A stretch of DNA of 20,963 bases, taken from an uncultured Lachnospiraceae bacterium (lineage in GTDB: Bacteria; Bacillota; Clostridia; Lachnospirales; Lachnospiraceae). The stretch's first letter is position 1; each line of letters opens with the position of its first letter. Shown here piece by piece: positions 16,639 to 20,963 of the stretch. The notes beneath the pieces were generated by a model. It worked only from the letters and a program-made list of their open reading frames with translations. It had not been told where the DNA came from and did not search any database. Where the stretch lies: positions 1-20,963 of the forward strand of contig CANQGL010000041.1 of NCBI GenBank assembly GCA_947623185.1, written 5' to 3'. The translations under genes and the position numbers were made by a program.

Positions 16639-17701
16639 AGGTATCGCTGCACCCCCTGATCTCCGCTTTCGGTATCCGGCCCGTTATCGCGAAATATTTT
16701 CCCTTCCGTCCGCAGGGGCAGTCGTCCTCCCCGAGGATCATCCCCTTGTCCTCCGTCAGGATCGAATGGCCGGGATACGACCACGCCATCGGTGTGATGA
16801 CCTGGATCACGCCCTCTTTCCCCGTCTCGCAGACGGAGAAGTCCTCCATATCCCGGATCAGGATCTCCGAATAGTCGCTGACGTGCAGATGTCCGCATTC
16901 ACATTCCATATAGATGCATCCGGTCTGCTCCGCCATGCCGTAATAGTTCCTCACATCACGGATCCCGCAGACCTCAAAAAGCCCGTCCCTGAAATCTTCG
17001 GCGGAGACCGCTTCGTTCTGCAGCTTCTTCCAGCCGCCGCCGTGGATCAGAAAGCCGTTCTCCAGAGGCAGCCGGAGGCCGGATTCCTTAAGGGGCCTGT
17101 AAAAATACTTCCATATCATATAAGTAAAGCCGAACACGAGGACCGGTCCGCCGGCCGCCTTCTCAAGGAACGACCGGACCGCCTCCGTATCCAGCTCCAT
17201 ATTCTCATTTAAGGCATACTGTCGTTTTGCCCCGAAGATCGAAAAGCCGAGTATACCGGCGCCCCGCGCGGAAAACAGGTTCCTGTCGTGCAGGACGTTC
17301 GGAGAATCGACGATCAGCATCGGGATCCGCTTTTCGCCGATGTAGCTGCTGACGATCCGCTGTAAAGTCCTCTGCTGCCATTCCGCCGTCTTCCGGTCCA
17401 GAAAGATCCTTGACGGCTGCTGCCCGGTCGTCCCGGAGGATGTCATGGTCTTGAACACTTCCTCCGCGGGCACGCTGCAGAGCTCCGCCTTCTTAAACAA
17501 AGAGACCGGCACCATCGGGACCGTTTCCGGGCTGCGCCGCATCCCGCGCCTGTCTCCCAGTAGCTCGCAGCAGCGGTCATACGGAGCGCAGCATTCCCTG
17601 TGCCGGTCAGTCAGATCGCTCAGAAGTTCGCTGTAAACCTCCCGTTTCTCCGCCGAGCCGAGTTCATATGGGCCGCGCTGTAAAAGTTCGTCATAAGTCA
17701 T
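16628..17701 (-). CDS. LuxE-like acyl-protein synthetase (adenylating, PaaK/LuxE family)
   Basis: At 357 aa, FKTMTSSGTTGQQPSRIFLD (the P-loop-like ANL motif as found in LuxE), HGGGWKKL, YYGMAEQ and the C-terminal GRIPKAEIRGCSD are characteristic of the LuxE family. There are 11-nt overlaps with both neighbours. Confidence 0.78.
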   Translation of the reverse strand: MTYDELLQRGPYELGSAEKREVYSELLSDLTDRHRECCAPYDRCCELLGDRRGMRRSPETVPMVPVSLFKKAELCSVPAEEVFKTMTSSGTTGQQPSRIFLDRKTAEWQQRTLQRIVSSYIGEKRIPMLIVDSPNVLHDRNLFSARGAGILGFSIFGAKRQYALNENMELDTEAVRSFLEKAAGGPVLVFGFTYMIWKYFYRPLKESGLRLPLENGFLIHGGGWKKLQNEAVSAEDFRDGLFEVCGIRDVRNYYGMAEQTGCIYMECECGHLHVSDYSEILIRDMEDFSVCETGKEGVIQVITPMAWSYPGHSILTEDKGMILGEDDCPCGRKGKYFAITGRIPKAEIRGCSDTYEG

Positions 17702-18377
17702 GGCGGATCCTCACTTCCTCATCCATCCGATACGGCTCTCCGTGTCCCGGCAGGATCCACATCCCGTCCGGGATCGTGCGAAGCCACGGTTTCGCGTACC
17801 GCTCGTACTCCTCCTCGCTCCCTCCGGGCAGCCGGGTCAAAACCCTGTCGCCGGGAAGCAGATAGTCGCCGACAAACAGCAGATCGCCGAAGCGGATCAC
17901 GCTGCTGCCGTGCGTATGTCCGGGCAGCGAGACAAATTCCAGCAGGCCGTCCGCAAACGGGACCGCCATGCTGTCTCCGAACTGCAGATCCGGCGGATCG
18001 CAGGTAAACGGTCTGTAATGGACAAAAGTCTTTTCACCGCTCTTATAATAAAGAAACGTTTCCATCAGACGCGACATGTTCTCCTTGGCGCTCTGCATCC
18101 CGCGGGCGCACGCGCTGCTTCCGATCACGACCGTGCGGTACCGCTCCCGCAGAGCGTTGAGCCCGCCGATATGGTCGCAGTGCTCGTGCGTCAGAAGGAC
18201 CACGTCCGGAGTCATGTTGCGTTTTTGCAACGCCTCTTCCAGCAGTTCAAAATTATTGGGATCAATCACCGCCAGACGGCCTTCCCGCACCAGCAAATAG
18301 CAGTTGCTGTCCGTCACCGGGTCCACGATCCTCGCCGGAAAAAGTCCGTTTTCCATGTCCTCAGATCTCGACGCCAT
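17691..18377 (-). CDS. Metallo-beta-lactamase-fold hydrolase (glyoxalase II-like; possible thioesterase)
   Basis: NCYLLVREGRLAVIDP...VLLTHEHCDHIGGL (HxHxDH) plus downstream His/Asp ligands (LPGHTHGS, VGDYL, LPGHG). The start is ambiguous. The ATG at 18377 overlaps the ACP gene by 17 nt. The alternative ATG at 18356 lies 4 nt after the ACP stop. Confidence 0.85.
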   Translation of the reverse strand: MASRSEDMENGLFPARIVDPVTDSNCYLLVREGRLAVIDPNNFELLEEALQKRNMTPDVVLLTHEHCDHIGGLNALRERYRTVVIGSSACARGMQSAKENMSRLMETFLYYKSGEKTFVHYRPFTCDPPDLQFGDSMAVPFADGLLEFVSLPGHTHGSSVIRFGDLLFVGDYLLPGDRVLTRLPGGSEEEYERYAKPWLRTIPDGMWILPGHGEPYRMDEEVRIRHDL

Positions 18378-18597
18378 AACGTCTTAAAACTTCTTTTCCC
18401 TTCTCGTAGGACGTAAAGTCCAGAACATCCTGCGTCTCGATGCGGATATCGAAGGTCTCCTCCAGCTCTCCCATCAGATCCATATGGCCGATGGAATCCC
18501 AGAGCGCGATCCCGCGGTATTTAAGCGCCGGCAGCTCTTCATCGGTCTTGCGGAACATTCCGCGGAAGATCTTGTTATATTTTTCCAGGTTCGTCAT
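18361..18597 (-). CDS. Acyl carrier protein (stand-alone, 78 aa)
   Basis: It is a four-helix-sized protein with the phosphopantetheine attachment motif WDSIGHMDLMGELEETF (the DS(I/L) serine). It sits between dehydratase and adenylating-enzyme genes. Confidence 0.8.
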   Translation of the reverse strand: MTNLEKYNKIFRGMFRKTDEELPALKYRGIALWDSIGHMDLMGELEETFDIRIETQDVLDFTSYEKGKEVLRRYGVEI

Positions 18598-18630
18598 ATC
18601 ATTCCAACTCCTTTTTCTGTTTATGTTTCT

Positions 18631-19437
18631 TTATTCCCAGTATCCGGCCGCCTCGGGAAGCTCCGCGGTCTCCTGCGGATTCTCGACCGTAAACAGTTCC
18701 TTCGGCATCAGCTGCCGGCATTTGGCGGCCGATACGACCTCTCCGTTCTGATTGACGCAGATCCCGTAAAACGTCCCGACATACTGGTCCTTCCCCTCGC
18801 GGCAGGCCGAAAGCATGATCTTAGCCGTGACCATATCGCCGTAAAACACCGGTTTCAGGAAACGGATCTGTTCCTCGATCAGAACGGTCCCCTCTCCGGG
18901 CAGCTTCGTTCCCATCGCGGTCGAGATCAGGCTCGCCGCCAGCACCCCGTGGACCACGGGGCGTCCGTAAACTGACCGCTTCGCAAATTCCGCATCCGTA
19001 TGCAGGCGGCTCGTGTCTCCGGTCAGCGCGGCAAAGCGGTCCACGTCGTCCTTAAAGAACGTCTTCGTGTATTCCGCGGTATCGCCCACGCGGAGCGTCC
19101 GTTTCTCCGGTCCGTTTTCCGTCGCCGCACCGTCCTGTTGCAGATCTGAAACAGAGCTCTCCGCAGCTTCTTTTTCGCGCTCCTCACGCAGATAGGTATG
19201 CACCTGCACGAAGCTGCGCTCGGTCGGCAGCACGAAAATGCGCTTGGTCGCGATCAGACCCTCCGTCGACGCGCAGGCGCGCATACAGCCGCAAGCCACG
19301 ATCCAGACGTCGCAGGTATTCCCCTCCGCCGCCGTGCGGTAAGTATGTTCCGGAAACTTTTCCTTGAGCAAATTGACCTGCCGGCCGCGGTTATATACGG
19401 AATTGCACCCGCCGCAATATTTCACACCGATTATCAT
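18631..19437 (-). CDS. Fusion protein: N-terminal six-cysteine domain plus C-terminal MaoC-like (R)-specific enoyl-thioester hydratase (hot-dog fold)
   Basis: The N-terminal 60 aa carry Cys at residues 8, 11, 42, 49, 51 and 55 (YCGGCN...TCDVWIVACGCMRAC). An acidic linker follows. The MaoC core is LRVGDTAEY...FAALTGDTSRLHTDAEFAKRSVYGRPVVHGVLAASLIS...LPGEGTVLIEEQIRFLKPVFYGDMV. The RBS AGGAGA lies 5 nt before the ATG. Confidence 0.85.
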   Translation of the reverse strand: MIIGVKYCGGCNSVYNRGRQVNLLKEKFPEHTYRTAAEGNTCDVWIVACGCMRACASTEGLIATKRIFVLPTERSFVQVHTYLREEREKEAAESSVSDLQQDGAATENGPEKRTLRVGDTAEYTKTFFKDDVDRFAALTGDTSRLHTDAEFAKRSVYGRPVVHGVLAASLISTAMGTKLPGEGTVLIEEQIRFLKPVFYGDMVTAKIMLSACREGKDQYVGTFYGICVNQNGEVVSAAKCRQLMPKELFTVENPQETAELPEAAGYWE

Positions 19438-19446
19438 ACGGATCTC

Positions 19447-19740
19447 CTATACCTGATGGCTCAAAAGCTTTTTCGCAAAATCAAGGATCTCCGGGTCCAT
19501 TTCATTGACAAGCACCACGTCCTTGATTTCAGGGATCTCATCCATTAAGGGCTTTCCGATCAGCTCTTCCGTCGTTACCAGCGCGGAGGGACATCCCGCG
19601 CAGTGCCCGGTAAGCCGGATCTTGAGGGCCCCGTCCTCAAACGAGAGGATCTCGACATCCCCCTCGTGTTCCATCAGGGATGGACGCACCTTTTCTTCCA
19701 TGACCGTTTTGATCCTCTGCAGCAGTTCTTCGTTCATCAT
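19447..19740 (-). CDS. Nfu/NifU C-terminal-domain Fe-S cluster carrier protein
   Basis: LLQRIKTVMEEKVRPSLMEHEGDVEILSFEDGALKIRLTGHCAGCPSALVTTEELI has the CxxC Nfu signature. The track ORF begins at a TTG (19767). The ATG-ATG pair at 19740/19737, following AAAGGAG, is preferred. Confidence 0.85.
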   Translation of the reverse strand: MMNEELLQRIKTVMEEKVRPSLMEHEGDVEILSFEDGALKIRLTGHCAGCPSALVTTEELIGKPLMDEIPEIKDVVLVNEMDPEILDFAKKLLSHQV

Positions 19741-19789
19741 CCCGCTCCTTTCTGTCATTACGGACAATCATCCTCTACCATATTATAAA

Positions 19790-19804
19790 GCAATTTCCGT
19801 GCCA
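19790..19804 (-). promoter_or_regulatory. Sigma-54 (-24/-12) promoter driving the eight-gene minus-strand operon
   Basis: The minus strand reads TTTGGCACGGAAATTGCTTT, i.e. TGGCAC-N5-TTGC with the exact consensus spacing. It lies about 50 nt upstream of the Nfu start codon. Confidence 0.78.
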
Positions 19805-19928
19805 AAGGAAGCAGAACTGAAACAAACTTTTCCTTTTTCGCCCGGCTTACCGCATTTATGCCGTTTTTACGCGGTCTTTTCCGGAAACGAACCGATTTCG
19901 AAACACGTCGGTCCGGGGAAATCCGTGC

Positions 19929-19969
19929 CGTTTTTGCAACAAAATGTCTTTTGTTTCGTTTTTGCAACA
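19929..19969. promoter_or_regulatory. Direct repeat CGTTTTTGCAACA x2 (candidate enhancer/UAS for a sigma-54 activator)
   Basis: Identical 13-mers sit at 19929-19941 and 19957-19969 (28-bp period), flanking a 7-bp inverted repeat AACAAAA-tgtc-TTTTGTT (19939-19956). Degenerate copies are CCGTTTTTACGC (19861-) and CCGTTTTACAA (19981-). They lie about 140-205 bp from each sigma-54 promoter. Confidence 0.4.
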
Positions 19970-20132
19970 TATTTTGGGCTCCGTTTTACAATTTTTATAC
20001 CTGAAACCTTTGTTCAAAAAAAATATAAAAAAATTAATGTTTCCTGAAAATGCCCGATTTCCTTACAATTTTCGAGTCTGGCTTTTCAAAAATTTTATCC
20101 TTTCGTTAAAAAGTTTCCAGTTTTTTTATTTT

Positions 20133-20147
20133 TGGCACGCAAATTGC
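20133..20147 (+). promoter_or_regulatory. Sigma-54 (-24/-12) promoter driving abfD
   Basis: The plus strand reads TTTGGCACGCAAATTGCTAT, i.e. TGGCAC-N5-TTGC. The -12 element ends 55 nt before the abfD ATG. The RBS AAAGGAAG lies at about 20186-20193. Confidence 0.8.
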
Positions 20148-20201
20148 TATTAATAAATGATAGCAGTAAAAATATCTTTAAAAGAAAGGAAGTACAAAAC
20201 T

Positions 20202-20963
20202 ATGGCATTAATGACAGGCGAACAGTATGTTGAAAGCATGAGGAAACTGCATCTTCAGGTTTACATGTTCGGAAAGAAGGTCGAGAATCCGGTCGACGAT
20301 CCGATCCTTCGTCCCTCCCTTAACTCTGTAAAGGCCACCTATGACCTTGCTCAGATGCCGGAGTATGAAGACCTGATGACCACGACCTCCTCCCTTACCG
20401 GGAAGAAGATCAACCGCTTTGCTCACATCCACCAGAGCACCGATGACCTTATCAAGAAGGTCAAGATGCAGCGTCTTTGCGGACAGAAGACCGCGGCCTG
20501 CTTCCAGCGCTGCGTAGGTATGGACGCATTCAACGCAGTTTACAGCACGACTTATGATACCGATGAGAAGTACGGCACTCACTATCATGAGAACTTCAAG
20601 AAGTTCCTTGAGTACGTTCAGGAAAACGACCTCACCGTTGACGGCGCTATGACGGACCCGAAGGGTGACCGTTCTCTTGCTCCGCACGCACAGGCTGATC
20701 CGGATCTGTATCTGCATGTTGTTGAGAGACGTCCCGACGGTATCGTTGTCCGCGGTGCGAAAGCTCACCAGACCGGTTTCGTAAACTCTCACGAAGTCAT
20801 CGTTATGCCGACCCAGTCCATGGGCGAAGATGACAAGGATTACGCTGTTTCCTTCGCGGTTCCGACCGATGCGGAAGGCATCTTCCTGATCGTTGGCCGT
20901 CAGTCCTGCGATACCAGAAAGCTGGAAGGCAGCGAGATCGATGTCGGTAACTCCCAGTACGGC
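20202..20963 (+). CDS. abfD: 4-Hydroxybutyryl-CoA dehydratase / vinylacetyl-CoA delta-isomerase (N-terminal 254 aa; runs off the window end)
   Basis: My hand translation gives MALMTGEQYVESMRKLHLQVYMFGKKVENPVDDPILRPSLNSV...INRFAHIHQSTDDLIKKVKMQRLCGQKTAACFQRCVGMDAFNAV...DGAMTDPKGDRSLAP...GIVVRGAKAHQTG...DKDYAVSFAVP...GRQSCDTRK. This is near-collinear with Clostridium aminobutyricum AbfD as I recall it, including the CxxxC [4Fe-4S] ligand pair. It is missing from the ORF track because it is truncated. Confidence 0.9.
   Translation, partial: MALMTGEQYVESMRKLHLQVYMFGKKVENPVDDPILRPSLNSVKATYDLAQMPEYEDLMTTTSSLTGKKINRFAHIHQSTDDLIKKVKMQRLCGQKTAACFQRCVGMDAFNAVYSTTYDTDEKYGTHYHENFKKFLEYVQENDLTVDGAMTDPKGDRSLAPHAQADPDLYLHVVERRPDGIVVRGAKAHQTGFVNSHEVIVMPTQSMGEDDKDYAVSFAVPTDAEGIFLIVGRQSCDTRKLEGSEIDVGNSQYG

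Noticed and set aside
19944-20153. A 69-aa ORF (MSFVSFLQHILGS...) and the 70-aa minus-strand ORF 19758-19970, both inside the 434-bp intergenic region.
   Set aside because: They have no ribosome-binding sites. They run through the candidate UAS repeats and the sigma-54 promoters themselves. Their Phe/Leu/Lys-rich composition simply reflects the AT-rich regulatory DNA.
1-20963. I searched by eye for CRISPR arrays, tRNA/rRNA genes, transposases, integrases and long direct or inverted repeats.
   Set aside because: None were found. The only repeats are the short regulatory-scale motifs reported above. A computational scan (tRNAscan-SE, Infernal, a self-dotplot) would be needed to exclude small elements completely.

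Overview
This is a chromosomal window that looks like it comes from a high-GC anaerobic Firmicute (Clostridia-like). That assignment is inferred from gene content: abfD, rpoN, ddh and metG-tatD-rsmA synteny.

Almost all genes are on the minus strand. There are four blocks:

(1) 1-2.7 kb is an AT-rich island, clearly lower in GC by eye than the rest. It carries a Type I restriction-modification module (hsdS partial, hsdM) preceded by a small XRE/Cro-type HTH gene. That gene has its own promoter and tandem palindromic operators.

(2) 2.7-12.9 kb is core or housekeeping. It holds a radical SAM protein, a MATE efflux pump, meso-diaminopimelate dehydrogenase (ddh), a DUF1311/LprI-like lipoprotein, rsmA, tatD, metG and rpoN (sigma-54).

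(3) 13.1-19.7 kb is a tightly packed eight-gene minus-strand operon. In transcription order it encodes an Nfu-type Fe-S carrier, a Cys-rich-domain/MaoC dehydratase fusion, an acyl carrier protein, an MBL-fold hydrolase, a LuxE-like acyl-protein synthetase, a LuxC-like acyl-CoA reductase, an ANL adenylating enzyme and a crotonase. A near-consensus sigma-54 -24/-12 promoter precedes it and an intrinsic terminator follows it.

(4) 19.77-20.2 kb is a 434-bp AT-rich intergenic control region. It has a second, almost identical sigma-54 promoter facing the other way, which drives abfD (4-hydroxybutyryl-CoA dehydratase, partial at the window end). Repeated motifs between the two promoters look like enhancer (UAS) sites.

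The best candidate for an undescribed system is the sigma-54-controlled carrier-protein/LuxCE-like operon, together with its divergent partner abfD and the adjacent rpoN gene. No enhancer-binding protein, tRNA, rRNA, CRISPR array or transposase was seen in the window. All family assignments come from motif recognition by eye, not from database searches.
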